This document shows positions 20,131 through 32,965 of a DNA stretch of 48,716 bases, piece by piece. The notes beneath the pieces are model-generated. The model was not told the DNA's origin. It did no database searches and worked only from the letters and a program-made list of their open reading frames with translations. Where the stretch lies: the NCBI GenBank assembly GCA_051942205.1, contig JAVECO010000067.1, positions 62,001-110,716 of the forward strand, read 5' to 3'. The translations under genes were made by a program, and so were the position numbers. Numbering within the stretch: the stretch's first letter is position 1; each line of letters begins with the position of its first letter. Source of the stretch: Coniocarpon cinnabarinum (lineage: Eukaryota).

Positions 20131-23100
20131 ATGAATATTTCGCGACCGGTGCCGTCGTCGATTGCAAATGTCTGCTTTGGTACCCTCTCCTCCGAGGAAG
20201 TCCTCGCCCTGTCAGTCAAGCGCATCACAAATCCTCAAGCAATAGACCCCAGATTGCTTCACCCCAACCCGAGTAGTCTGTATGATCCAGCGCTAGGAGC
20301 AATCCTCGAGCATGTCTGCACCACCTGCCACTTAGACACCAACGCCTGTCCAGGTCACCCTGGCCATATCGAACTTCCGATCCACGTCTACCACTGCCAG
20401 TATATTGATCAGGTGCTCAGATTGCTCAGAGCCCAATGCTCCAACTGCAGGCGTCTCCGCCTTCCTAATTTCGAGTCCAGGCGGCTGCTTTGCAAATTGA
20501 AATTGATCCGGCATGGCCTGCTCAAACAAGCTGCAGAGCTTGAGAATGTTGGTGCGGTTGGTGTTAGAAGCGGGGCCCATTCCGCGGATGAGAGTGACAA
20601 TGGGTCCGACGTTGGTGAGGATGCACCTGAGATCTCTCGCGAAATGACGAAGAAAGAAAGCTACACACGCAAACAAATACGAAGAGGGATCCGGCATGGA
20701 GATGCCTTTTCACCCTCTACTGAGGCAGTGACTCGAGCTCGGAGGGATGTGGTGCAAGAGATCATGTCTACAATGGGGAAGACCAGGAAATGCCCTTTCT
20801 GTCAGGCATATACCCCCGCTTACCGTAAGGATCGGGCCTTAAGCATCTTCCAAAAGCCCCTAAGCAAGAAAGAATTTGCACTAAATGCTCAAAATGCGGA
20901 AGTGAAGCTTAAAAAGTCAAAAGACTTCTTTCAAGAGATGGCTGAGGCCCGTCAGCGAAACTCGAAAAAGGCCACAGAAGAAGCAATGCGAAGAGAGGCA
21001 GCCCTTAGGGGTCGAGAAATGCATCCTGACGAGGGTGTGGCTGACATGGACAATCCTGCGTCAGACGATGAAATCCATGTGCTCGAGTCGCCAATAGTCA
21101 ATAGCGATGCGCAAGAGTCTGTCAGCGAGGATGGTGGCGAGGTCGAGCGGAATGCTGCTGAGGATACATTGTCAGGTCGAGCTATGGTAGAGTCAGAACC
21201 AACACTGGCTAAAGCTAAAAGAGTGAGGGAAACGGAGGATTCAGAAGGAAGGCAAGAACGTCTACCAACCGAGGAAGTGCACGCAAGATTACAACAACTC
21301 TTCGAGAAGCACAAAGAGCTCTTCAGTGAAATATATTGTCCTCCCGCAGTGGGCAGTTCGGCGAGACCACCTTCGGTCGACATGTTCTTCATCAAGCACC
21401 TGCTGATACCTCCCAACAAATATCGGAAGGAATCGAAGACCGCCCCAGACGCCATCTCCGAAGCCGCAGACAACGCACCGTATCGAAGAATACTGACGAC
21501 CTGTCAGACTGTCGAGCAGATTCGTCAAGAACTGGCGAATGGAACAGGTGATTACAGCACTCTCGAATCTGTATTACTTATGTTACAGGGACATGTAAAC
21601 GCACTTATAGACGTTACCAAAGGTCAGTCCCGACCCTCTCTAACAGATAAAGGAATCAAACAGAAACTTGAGAAGAAAGAAGGTATCATGCGCATGAATG
21701 TCATGGGCAAGCGTGTGAATTTTGCTGCCCGTAGTGTTATCTCACCAGACCCGAATTTGGAAGCAAACGAGGTCGGTGTGCCGCCAGTGTTTGCGAAAAA
21801 ACTTACATACCCAGAGCCGGTGACGACACATAATTTTGCTGAATTGAAGCAGGCTGTGATCAATGGTCCTTCAAAATGGCCTGGCGCAGTCGCAGTCGAG
21901 TTCGAGAACGGGCAAGTTATCAGTCTGAGGCGCAAAAACATCGTTGATCGTCAAGCCATTGCAAATTCACTCCTAGCTCCATCATCGGCTTTGGCGTCCG
22001 GTGTGCGAACTAAAAAAGTCTATAGACATTTGAACAACGGCGACGTAGTATTGATGAACCGGCAACCGACACTTCATAAACCATCAATGATGGGTCATCG
22101 TGCAAGGGTTCTCCCCGGCGAGAAAACGATCAGAATGCACTATGCGAATACCAACTCCTATAATGCTGACTTTGATGGCGACGAGATGAACATGCATTTC
22201 CCTCAGAATGAGCTTGCAAGAGCAGAAGCGCTGCAAATAGCGGACACAGACCATCAATACCTTTCCACGACTTCAGGCTCACCCTTACGTGGACTGATCC
22301 AAGATCATATCTCTATGGGTGTGTGGCTTTCCTCACAAGATACTATGTTTACGCGAGAGGAATATCAGGAGTTGATGTACTGCTCGATGAGGCCTGAGAA
22401 CAATCAAACGAATTCCGATCGCATTAAAACCATTGACCCTACAGTATGGCGACCGGTCCCAAAGTGGACAGGTAAAGATCTCATTACCACTGTGCTTGAG
22501 AACATACAGCCTGAGGGCTATTCGCCTCTGGGCTTGCGAGCTCCCTGTCTGATCGCGCCAGCCAGATTCGGACCAAAATCGGAGGAGAATACTCTTCGAA
22601 TAAAAGGAAATACTATGATCACTGGAACCCTGGATAAAAGCCAGATAGGCGCAAGCTCAGGGGGACTAGTTCATGCTGTCTACGAGGCGTATGGCCACGT
22701 TGCTGCAGGCAAATTCATTAGTATTCTTGGACGTCTGTTGACCCGACTGCTTGGCATGCGGGCCTTTTCTTGTGGAATAGAAGACCTAATCGTTACGCAA
22801 GACGGCGAGTCAAAGCGAAAAATGGCTCTAGACAGCTCGCGGCTGGCCGGTATTCCTGCAGCATCACAATATGTATCCTTGGAAAATCAGAGGAATGCTG
22901 AAGACCCAGAACTGCTGGAACGACTCGAGACTATTTCCAGGGACGACGAGAAGCTCAAAGGTCTTGATACAGTCATGCAGCAGACTGGCAACGAAATCGA
23001 CAAGCAGATCGCAATTGCGACGGTGCCGACGTTTCTCTTAAAGTCATTCCCACAGAACCAGATGCAGACAATGACAGAGTCAAAGGCGAAGGGTTCACCA

Positions 23101-25419
23101 ACTAATGCGAAACGCATAAGCGCTAATCTTGGCCAACAAAACTTGGAAGGTCGGCGAGTCCCTGTCATGGTCAGTGGCAAGACGTTGCCTTCCTTCAGCG
23201 GTTTCGAGCCAAGCCTGAGAGCTGGCGGGTACATTACTGATCGGTTCTTGACTGGCGTAAGACCTCAAGAGTATTACTTCCACTCCATGTCCGGTCGAGA
23301 GGGACTAGTTGACACCGCTGTAAAGACGTCGAGGTCTGGATACCTGCAACGCTGCGTCATTAAAGGCCTTGAAGGATGCACGGCTGGGCATGACGGCTCT
23401 GTACGTGACGCTGACGGAACCTTGATTCAAGCATTGTACGGCGAAGACGGACTAGAGATCTCTCAGCAAGCCAAAATCGCGGACTTTGCGTTCGTGACGG
23501 GTAATGCATTCTCTTACCTTGCCAAGTTAGATATCGCACGGAATTACAAGATCTTTGAAGCATCGCAATCGAACAAGCATGACTACAATAGGAGGGCGGA
23601 AAAGATATACCAAAGAACCGAAGACTTGTTGTCCATTGATCCCGCTCTAGGCCTCTACGCACCTACACGATACTTGGGTAGCACATCCGAGCGCTATTTC
23701 AGTGCTGCAAAGGGCTATATTGAACAGAACCCCGACAAACACATCAAAGAGAGCAAGAACGATGACCCGAAGAAAGTGACTAAGCGCGCTGCGCAAATGA
23801 TAGCTGACTTCAATTATCTAAAGGCAATCGTTCCAGCAGGCGATGCGGTCGGAGTAGTCGCCGGGCAATCAGTTGGCGAACCATCCACGCAAATGACACT
23901 CAACACATTCCACATGGCCGGTTCCGCGCAGAATGTCACCTTGGGTATCCCACGTCTGCGCGAAGTACTGATGGCCGCATCCAAGAACATTAAGACACCA
24001 ATGATGGTATTGCATTTCCTTCCGGGCATTGAAGAGATTGATCGTTTGAAAACTACGCATGGGATATCAAAAAGGCCCCTCGCAGAATTTGTAGACTCAG
24101 TCCAGGTAGAGGAAGAGCTTGGGATTTCCGACCACTTCGGTCACGCACGCATGTTCGACATCAAACTTTCTCTGTATCCTAAACAGGAGTACAAGATGGA
24201 GTACAGTGTCCAGCCTGACGACGTTGGCTGGTCTCTTGACACACAACTTGTTTCAAACCTGGACAAGCTCGTCAAACAAGAGTTCAAGCGACGAGGTCAG
24301 GCCAAGTCTTCAAAAACAGTGTCCGACGCAAACCCGAACATTGGTAAATCATCAGGTCGTGTTCGAGCCGAGCAATCTCAAGCCGACGCTGAAGCCGAGG
24401 GTGGCGACAGTGATGTCGAGGACGGTGGCGATGACGATGCTACAAATGCCAAACGTCGTCAAAACGTAGACGAGGGCGTTACTTATGAAGACCCTGATGA
24501 GAGTGATGCTGAGATTGAACGTGCTGGTGAGCGTGAGGCAAGCCCCGACTTCGAGGACGTTGACGAAGGCTATGGCGCTTCGCCTGCTGTATCTCGCGAA
24601 ACCTCTCCTAATGCAACCTCCCAAGTGATCACGCCACGGAAGCGACGTCCTGCACATGAAAGTGCTATAGCTCGCGCAAGGGAGCAAAAGCTCAAAGACC
24701 AATACAACCACTTGACCGCGTTCTCATTTAACGACGTCGATGATGGCCCTGCAGACACTTGTGAGATATCTCTCGAGTTTCCCAGCAATACATCGAAGAT
24801 CCAAATGTTGCAACTGGTGAAGCGAGCGATCCAAGCGACTGTGGTTCAAGAAATGTCCGGCATTCAAGCAGCAAATTTTGTCAAGCCGAAGGAGCGTGGC
24901 GACGCATTTTTTGAAGAGGGCAGCTACATCACCACCGAGGGTGTAAATGTCAGAGCGTTCTGGGAGAGGAATTTTCCAAACATCGTCGACGTTGACCGAC
25001 TGTATACGAACAGCGTTCATCACATGCTAGAGCAATACGGAGTTGAGTGTGGTCGAGAGTGCATCATCAAAGAACTTCACTCGGTGTTTTCGGGTCACGG
25101 CATCGATGTGAATCGGCGTCATCTGACATTGGTGGCCGACTACATGACACGGGCAGGCACATACTTACCATTCAACCGCATTGGCATGAAAGACGATGAA
25201 TCCGTGTTCAAAAAGATGAGCTTTGAAACGACAGTGAGTTTCCTGAGAGACTGTGTGATTGAGGGAGGCCGCGAGGAGCTGAGAAGTCCGAGCGCGCGGC
25301 TGATGATGGGCGCGGTCGGAAGGTCAGGGACAGGAGGCTTTGACGTGTTGCTGCCGCTTGTGGAGTCAGAAGAAAAGGAGATCAAAAAGGAGGACGAAAA
25401 CGACGAGAAAGAGTTATAG
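20131..25419 (+). CDS. RPA190: DNA-directed RNA polymerase I largest subunit (A190), 1762 aa, intronless
   Basis: N-terminal Zn sites (CTTC...CPGHPGHIEL), GKRVNFAARSVISPDP, NRQPTLHKPSMMGH, catalytic YNADFDGDEMN, bridge helix GREGLVDTAVKTSRSGYLQR, trigger loop EPSTQMTLNTFH, acidic Pol I expander-like region and KMSFETT. There is no Pol II CTD. Confidence 0.98.
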   Translation: MNISRPVPSSIANVCFGTLSSEEVLALSVKRITNPQAIDPRLLHPNPSSLYDPALGAILEHVCTTCHLDTNACPGHPGHIELPIHVYHCQYIDQVLRLLRAQCSNCRRLRLPNFESRRLLCKLKLIRHGLLKQAAELENVGAVGVRSGAHSADESDNGSDVGEDAPEISREMTKKESYTRKQIRRGIRHGDAFSPSTEAVTRARRDVVQEIMSTMGKTRKCPFCQAYTPAYRKDRALSIFQKPLSKKEFALNAQNAEVKLKKSKDFFQEMAEARQRNSKKATEEAMRREAALRGREMHPDEGVADMDNPASDDEIHVLESPIVNSDAQESVSEDGGEVERNAAEDTLSGRAMVESEPTLAKAKRVRETEDSEGRQERLPTEEVHARLQQLFEKHKELFSEIYCPPAVGSSARPPSVDMFFIKHLLIPPNKYRKESKTAPDAISEAADNAPYRRILTTCQTVEQIRQELANGTGDYSTLESVLLMLQGHVNALIDVTKGQSRPSLTDKGIKQKLEKKEGIMRMNVMGKRVNFAARSVISPDPNLEANEVGVPPVFAKKLTYPEPVTTHNFAELKQAVINGPSKWPGAVAVEFENGQVISLRRKNIVDRQAIANSLLAPSSALASGVRTKKVYRHLNNGDVVLMNRQPTLHKPSMMGHRARVLPGEKTIRMHYANTNSYNADFDGDEMNMHFPQNELARAEALQIADTDHQYLSTTSGSPLRGLIQDHISMGVWLSSQDTMFTREEYQELMYCSMRPENNQTNSDRIKTIDPTVWRPVPKWTGKDLITTVLENIQPEGYSPLGLRAPCLIAPARFGPKSEENTLRIKGNTMITGTLDKSQIGASSGGLVHAVYEAYGHVAAGKFISILGRLLTRLLGMRAFSCGIEDLIVTQDGESKRKMALDSSRLAGIPAASQYVSLENQRNAEDPELLERLETISRDDEKLKGLDTVMQQTGNEIDKQIAIATVPTFLLKSFPQNQMQTMTESKAKGSPTNAKRISANLGQQNLEGRRVPVMVSGKTLPSFSGFEPSLRAGGYITDRFLTGVRPQEYYFHSMSGREGLVDTAVKTSRSGYLQRCVIKGLEGCTAGHDGSVRDADGTLIQALYGEDGLEISQQAKIADFAFVTGNAFSYLAKLDIARNYKIFEASQSNKHDYNRRAEKIYQRTEDLLSIDPALGLYAPTRYLGSTSERYFSAAKGYIEQNPDKHIKESKNDDPKKVTKRAAQMIADFNYLKAIVPAGDAVGVVAGQSVGEPSTQMTLNTFHMAGSAQNVTLGIPRLREVLMAASKNIKTPMMVLHFLPGIEEIDRLKTTHGISKRPLAEFVDSVQVEEELGISDHFGHARMFDIKLSLYPKQEYKMEYSVQPDDVGWSLDTQLVSNLDKLVKQEFKRRGQAKSSKTVSDANPNIGKSSGRVRAEQSQADAEAEGGDSDVEDGGDDDATNAKRRQNVDEGVTYEDPDESDAEIERAGEREASPDFEDVDEGYGASPAVSRETSPNATSQVITPRKRRPAHESAIARAREQKLKDQYNHLTAFSFNDVDDGPADTCEISLEFPSNTSKIQMLQLVKRAIQATVVQEMSGIQAANFVKPKERGDAFFEEGSYITTEGVNVRAFWERNFPNIVDVDRLYTNSVHHMLEQYGVECGRECIIKELHSVFSGHGIDVNRRHLTLVADYMTRAGTYLPFNRIGMKDDESVFKKMSFETTVSFLRDCVIEGGREELRSPSARLMMGAVGRSGTGGFDVLLPLVESEEKEIKKEDENDEKEL

Positions 25420-25683
25420 ATGAGCGCTAGTGCATACACATGATGAAGGGTGCCATGGTGAATGCATTTGAAGCAACAGATACCTCATCCCTAAATATGT
25501 AGATACAATGGAAGAGTGATCTGCATGTCTGCCTGGAAAATAGCAATTGTGATATTCGGCGTGGTGCCCCCGAAGTTGATCTAATCAGTGCGATATTATC
25601 GCAATATCCAGGGACAGTGACAAGGGATGCTTTCTGCGCAGTGGAAATCTACGGACGAGCTGTTCGTGTTGTGCACAGTTTGA

Positions 25684-26554
<871 letters not shown>

Positions 26555-27116
26555 TTCCGCGGCAGGATGCTGTGAGTGTACGAAGTGGCGAAAGGGAAGC
26601 AAAGAAAAGAGAATTCTAGCCGGCACCCATGAGATATCCTTTGGAGGTTTAAGTCAATTCAGTGTTGCAGTCGTAAGATAAGGAGGCAATAACAACGCGA
26701 TCTCGCCAATCCCTTGCCAATCCAACAAGGCATCAAAATACAAGAAAGACGTGTCATCTGCTCGCTCGATTGCAGCAAGATCCGTGCAGGAGCCTATTGC
26801 TATGCAAATTCATCGCACCCCAAAAAAGCGTCTGGTTCAACTAGTCCCAGGTGCCTTGGCCACTCAGTCCATGGACGTCGCCTTCGTTGAGTGGCCTTGC
26901 GCTGCTCTGCCAAACAGACACGCTGCTTGATCAGTCCGATCCTTAGGCATGGCGAATCCCAGGCTGGATTCCGGTGACTATCAGCAATGACGATGCAGCA
27001 AGGCCACGATGATCTTATCTGCAAAACTTGGCAACTCTGAGGCATGTATATACATCAGACATGCACACATCGCCCCAACGCTCTCATCTTGTCTTCAGCT
27101 CTGTCTTCCCCACCGT

Positions 27117-27280
27117 GTCACGTGACTCTGTGCACGAACTTCGTAAACGCAACGCCAAGGGATCAGCTCCCAGCGATGCTACCTCATGGGAGTCGAAACT
27201 CGTCAGTTCGATTATATACAATGTAGGTATGTAGGACTGAAGTGTGCGGGCCTGGAGTGTGCCCGAAAGCCACGTGATTG
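27117..27280. promoter_or_regulatory. Candidate bHLH E-box sites upstream of the gene at 27576
   Basis: Perfect palindrome GTCACGTGAC at 27117-27126, and a second CACGTG at 27271-27276 directly abutting ATTGG (reverse CCAAT). Confidence 0.3.
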
Positions 27281-27575
27281 GCTCCTCGATACCTGTGTTC
27301 CAAGGCTGGTTCTCCGGTGTTGGCTTGGCGCCGGCGCGCTTGGCCAGGACCGGATGCAAGACTAAGACTTCACTCCTCTCTCTTACACACTGCACACATC
27401 ACACACAAACACAACACCCCCGCCCGTCTCGCCGCCCTTCGCCGCCTCTTTCCCACCGCAGTCGCTCGCTACGCCCCTCGTTAATCCCATTACGACGACA
27501 CACACATTCTCTCTCTCTCTTAGCGACGGCTACACCACACCGTTTCGAATTGTCGCCCATCCCCGCTCGGCCGGC

Positions 27576-30003
27576 ATGGCCGGTGCTTCAGGCGGCGCTG
27601 GACAGGATCACGACCGGCCCTTGTCTCCAGTCACGCCTCTGTCGCCCTTCGATAGCGAGAACATCTTCAGTGACGACTACGCAGAGTCTTTCAATGAGTC
27701 TTATGCGCCGTCGCTCGCTGCGGCTTCTCTCAGGGATACCCGTTCAGCTTCTCCCTCACTCCGCTCGTCCATGCAACGCGCGCCGTCGCAATCGTCTGTT
27801 CACGGTCTAACATCGCCCTTCGCTGACCCTCCTCTGAATTTGAGAAGTAGTATTAGGAAGAGTGGTGGCGATGCGACACTAGAATCGAGAGCGGGCTCTT
27901 CGGGCGAGGCAGGTCCAGCTGTGGCCACAGGATTCAATAACGGGATGCATACAGGCTCAGCAGGATTGGCACATCGCTCGACAAGCTCCGCCTCATCTTT
28001 TGCAGGCTCACAAAGCCAGACAAGCAGCGGTCGTGCTGAAGGTCCAAGCCACCCTTATGCTATGTATCCGCAAGGCCTGGCAATGAGTCGCAGTGCAAGC
28101 ATAGCGTCATCGGCAAGACCACTCTCACACGCACCTTCAACCCGTGGACCAGCCCATCCGTACGCACTTTATACACAGAACGTCAACGACGAGCTTCCTG
28201 CTTCTGCTGGCGGCCAGCAGACTAACATTCCTGTCGGATTTTTGGGTTCCAACCATCCCTTTCACAGAAGAGTGGGACCTGATGGCGAGGAGCAAGATAT
28301 TGTGGGACCCGATGGACATACCGAGCAGCTGCCCCCCTATACGAGATACCCGGACGAAGCCAATAACAAGGGGGTCGCAGAAGCGCGCACACTGCCCTCC
28401 ATTGGCGAGCAACGTACCGAAGAAACGTCACCACTTTCTCCAGTCCCGGCTGCACATCCGAATCCTATTCGCGTGCAAACCGCTCCTATCCCGGCAGAAC
28501 CGGATGTCAGTGGGCAGAACATGAGCGAGAAGAGATGGGACCGAAAATCAAGAAAGGAGAAATGGAAGACGAGAGTCTTTGGTGTACCTTTCTGGCTCCT
28601 TCTTCTCATTTTTGTCCTTGTTGTCGTCATTGCTGTTGTGATAGGTGCTGTTCTTGGCGCTACTATCAGCAACAAACATTCTGATCATTCTTCCAAAAAT
28701 CATACAGCCCCAACAGAGGCTCCCACACCCTGGCGCGATTCTTTGACAACTTCGTGAGTCCCTCCATGTCGCTTCAGTGAAAGTATCTACTAACGTTTCG
28801 TGAAGAACAACTATTTCATCGACCTCTACATCCACTGCGCTGCTTGATGTCGTGACGCCCACGGCTACCCCCAGCTGGATGCATCCGCCTCCTCCTGGGA
28901 ACTACACGCTTATGGCCGGATCACCTTTGGTCAATTTGAGTGGCTGTTTACAACCACAGCAACAGCCTGCGTGGTCGTGTCTGCTGCATGACAACTCGTC
29001 GGTGATAACTGTTGAGAACCTGTCAAACGGGACTGTGATGATGAGCATGTTCGACACGAATCCATATTTCTCGTATGGAACTCAGCCACCCGTTGTCTCA
29101 TCCAACGAAGCGCAGTTGGTGCAGGATCCTGAAACCGATGATCAAGCCTATGCATGGCATTTTCAGACAACCTACGACAAGCTCGTTGTGCTTGATGTCA
29201 ACGACGGTCTTTTGCCTCTTGATTCAAGCCCCAACAGAAAGCGTGACAATGGCCCCTTACCGTGGTACGCGAGCGCGTTCTCTCAGGAGACAGTTGAAAA
29301 TAATGATCCCGAGGACGTCGACAACGTGGATGAGAATCAAGCTTGGTTCTGCTACTGGAACCAAACTTTCATTGAGGTGCTAGTATACATGGGCAACACG
29401 TCGAATGTCAGCTTCACGGCGGAACCTGGGTCGGCGAGCTCTTCGCTGTCACCGACAACAATCACCATGACTTTGTCATCGTCAACCACGGCGACATCAT
29501 ATGCATCTACCTTGCCATCTTCGTCGACGTCGGCAACGATGGAGAGCTCAGATCCATCAAACGATGGATACATTCCGCAAATGCCACCACCCCCTGCAGC
29601 CATGGTGGGTTCATACCATCCGCCCCGCGGTGTGAGCTTCGAGGCCGCGTCAGTCACCAGTGTGTCCTGGCCAAGCGACACAGCGTATTCTCCTCCTCCA
29701 CCCTCGTCAATACAGACGTTCGAGCCACCCTCGCCGCCACCGCCTCCAACACCATCCAAGAAGATCAAAGTCGAGGAGAGACGAGTACCGGCATTAGATG
29801 CGCCACCACCAACGTGCACGCTGATGTCCAATCGCTTCGATGGCCAATGGCGGCCATTGATACAATCCAATGGATTGATCCCGGTTGTGGCCCTGCGAGA
29901 GCAAGATCCTATGGCGACGCCATGGGAGCTGAGAAAGCGTGAAGCGATTCCTGTAGATGCATGCGGATGTGTGTGGAACTCGCCAAACGGGGAGCAGCCA
30001 TGA
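27576..30003 (+). CDS. Uncharacterised single-pass membrane protein with cytosolic PY-type motif and Cys-containing luminal/extracellular domain, ~791 aa
   Basis: Exons 27576-28753 and 28806-30003 (52-nt GTGAGT...CTAAC...AAG intron, in frame). Disordered Ser-rich N-terminus, GPDGHTEQLPPYTRYP, one long TM helix (FWLLLLIFVLVVVIAVVIGAVLG), then CL..QQQPAWSC, YDKLVV, WFCYWNQT, KKIKVEERR and CGCVW. Confidence 0.8.
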
Positions 30004-30560
30004 CGCAGGGGGAGGCAGTGAGGAAATGTTCGAGTACGAAGGCGATGTCTTGCATCTTTTACGGCAGCAAAAGCATAGAGCGAGCAGGCGTTTGGAGGTC
30101 AGGGACGACGGAGCCGCCGTTGAAACAAAGCAAGGGGGTTGCACGCGGGAGCTTCAACTCGCACGGCCAGCGTGGATCCAGCGGCTTGACATGTTTTTCG
30201 TTTGTACAGCATATTCACGGGCGCCGGGATTTGCCGACTAGTCAGCGGCGGCGACAGGTACAGGCCTTCTGTTTGACGGCCATGGGATAATGAGAATCAA
30301 ACAGCTCAGCAGGCTTTGCTTGCTGAGTACAAGTATGAGTCCTTGTGGGTGTCTGTGTCAGTGTGTTTGTGAGCACATGGGTACGACACGTTGACAGAGG
30401 CGTGTCGACGTGTGGCTGAGCATTCGGTGGGGAGGTGACACGAATCATGAGGATGCGCCCTCCGAGCGCCGCCGACATCGACCGAGCGTAGGTAACATTG
30501 AAATTGGTCGTCAAGTTCCACGGCGACACGTGACATGCCCCAACATGCACGCCACACTTT

Positions 30561-30562
<2 letters not shown>

Positions 30563-30596
<34 letters not shown>
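30563..30596 (+). repeat. (CA)17 microsatellite upstream of ERG13
   Basis: Perfect dinucleotide run read directly. Confidence 0.95.
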
Positions 30597-30598
<2 letters not shown>

Positions 30599-30932
30599 CA
30601 GGGGAAAAAGCTTGGGCCACTGCAGCAATTTCGTCACACTAGCGTCTCCTTCCAGTTGGGAGCTTCAGGGACCAGGTTGTCTGCCATTGACCACTTTTAT
30701 TCTCTCTTCCACTCCACGCCCCCCATGCCTTCTCTGTTTTGCTGCATTCTCTGAGAACTCTTCTGCCTGACCGTTGCTCTCAGCCTCTGTCCCTCTAGAC
30801 TCGCCTGACTCCTCACGTTTCTGCAGTGCGCCTGTCCCAAAATTTCTCCAACGAGTTACACACCCTTGTGCTCGAAGCACTCCCTCGCCGTGCACCAAGC
30901 TACGTTGCGCTGCCGCCCTTGCTCGGCCCAGC

Positions 30933-32460
30933 ATGGCTCGCCCTCAGAATATCGGCATCAAAGCCATGGAGATCTATTTTCCCACGCAGGTGCGCTCAGA
31001 ATCCAGCTGCGACCACCCCCGTGCAGCGACGATGTGTCGCAACCTGCGCATCCTTGCTAAAACTTGCTTCCAGTGCGTCGAACAAAGTGAGCTGGAGAAA
31101 TTTGACGGTGTCAGTCAGGGCAAGTACACCATTGGTCTAGGACAGACGCGCATGAGCTTTTGCGACGACCGGGAAGGTAAGGGACCCAGTCAAGCTTTGC
31201 ATTCACAGACCCATGTGCGACTAAACGCTTCTCGCAGACATCTACTCCCTTGCTCTCACGACCGTCTCGTCCCTTCTCGACAAATATGCCATCGACCCCA
31301 ACAGCATCGGTCGGCTCGAGGTTGGAACGGAAACGCTCCTCGACAAATCCAAGTCTGTCAAATCCGTCCTCATGCAGCTTTTCGAAGCGTCAGGCAATCA
31401 CAATATAGAAGGAGTCGACACGGTCAATGCATGCTATGGGGGGACCAACGCTCTCTTCAACGCGTTCTCGTGGGTTGAGTCATCAGCGTGGGATGGCCGA
31501 AACGCGATCGTGGTGGCAGGAGATATTGCCCTTTACAAGAAAGGCAACGCAAGACCAACGGGCGGAGCAGGCTGCGTCGCCATGCTCGTGGGTCCGGATG
31601 CGCCCTTGACGCTGCTGCCTGAGCGCGGCTCGTACATGGCACATGCATACGACTTCTACAAAGCTGATCTCACCAGCGAGTACCCGATTGTGGACGGCCA
31701 GTACTCGCTTCGCTCATATGCAGAAGCACTGGACAACTGCTACAAGAACTTCAGCAAGCGCCAAGCAACGCTACACCGTTCTGTGAACGGCACGACTGTC
31801 AATGGCGACGCTCACGAATCGCTAGAGGAGACGCCACTCGACCGATTCGACTACATGTGCTTTCATTCGCCGACGTGCAAGACCGTTGCCAAATCTTATG
31901 CACGACTCTTATTCAACGACTACCTCAGTCACCCAGAGAACCCAATGTTTGCCGACGTGCCTGCAGAACTCAAGGAACTTGATTATAAGGCCACGTTGAC
32001 CGACAAGACTTTGGAGAAGACCTTCGGCGCACTCACGAAGAAGCGCTTCGCTGGGCGGGTGCAACCCTCGACCGAAGTCCCAACGCAATGCGGCAACATG
32101 TACTGTGCCAGTCTGTTTTCCAGCTTGGCGAGCGTACTCAGTAATGTTCCAAGCTCACAGCTCGAGGGCAAACGGATAGGCATGTTCAGCTACGGCAGCG
32201 GCATTGCAAGCTCGATGTTTGTTTTCCGAGTGCGAGGGAACGTCGAAGAGATCGTCAAAAAGATGGACGTCAACGCCAGATTAGCGTCTCGAAACGTGGT
32301 CCCACCGCAGGTCTATGACGAGCAATGCAACTTGCGAGAACGTGCACATTTGAAGAGCGACTATACGCCGGCTGGAAGTATCTTGAACATCACCAAGGGC
32401 AGCTACTACCTGACCAGAGTGGACGACATGTTTCGAAGATTCTACGAAGTCAAAACGTAA
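30933..32460 (+). CDS. ERG13: Hydroxymethylglutaryl-CoA synthase, ~460 aa
   Basis: Exons 30933-30989, 31074-31176 and 31238-32460. Motifs [36 protein letters not shown], catalytic [30 protein letters not shown] and FSYGSG. Confidence 0.97.
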
Positions 32461-32965
32461 GGCGGACTTTCTCAAGTATCTCAAGGCGGAACACGCTCCG
32501 AGGCCGTTTACAGCAAAATGATTGCTGGTTGTAGCAGGAACCACGAAGTGAAGCAGCCCTCTCACAGAGAATGCGTCATTTTAAAAAAAATAAACGTTGG
32601 CCTTTCAGACAAGACACATCGACCCTCCAACTGTGTGTCCAGAGAGAGGAGATGCTCACCCGGTCGATCTCAATGACCATACTCATCGCCTAATCATGGC
32701 GACCTTGACATCCATCGTGGAGCGAAAACGAATCAGCGGTCCTCGGATGTGGAAGAGCGGGCCGAGGCAAGTTGGCTGTCTACAACCACCCACTGAGCTC
32801 GTACATGATCTCGGGCCTAGCGTTAAATCGTCGCGAATTTCCTATCGACCTTCTAGTCTCCATTGTGTCATCACCAATAATGCTTTTCATCTGCGGATGT
32901 CTTCTCCTCGATAGGAACAGATCATTGCTCGTGTCTATTCCGTCGTTGCACCACCGCAGGCCACC

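Noticed and set aside
30774..31478. 234-aa ORF as an N-terminally extended HMG-CoA synthase
   Set aside because: It starts at TTG and arises from read-through of 5' UTR and introns; the conserved start is the ATG at 30933.
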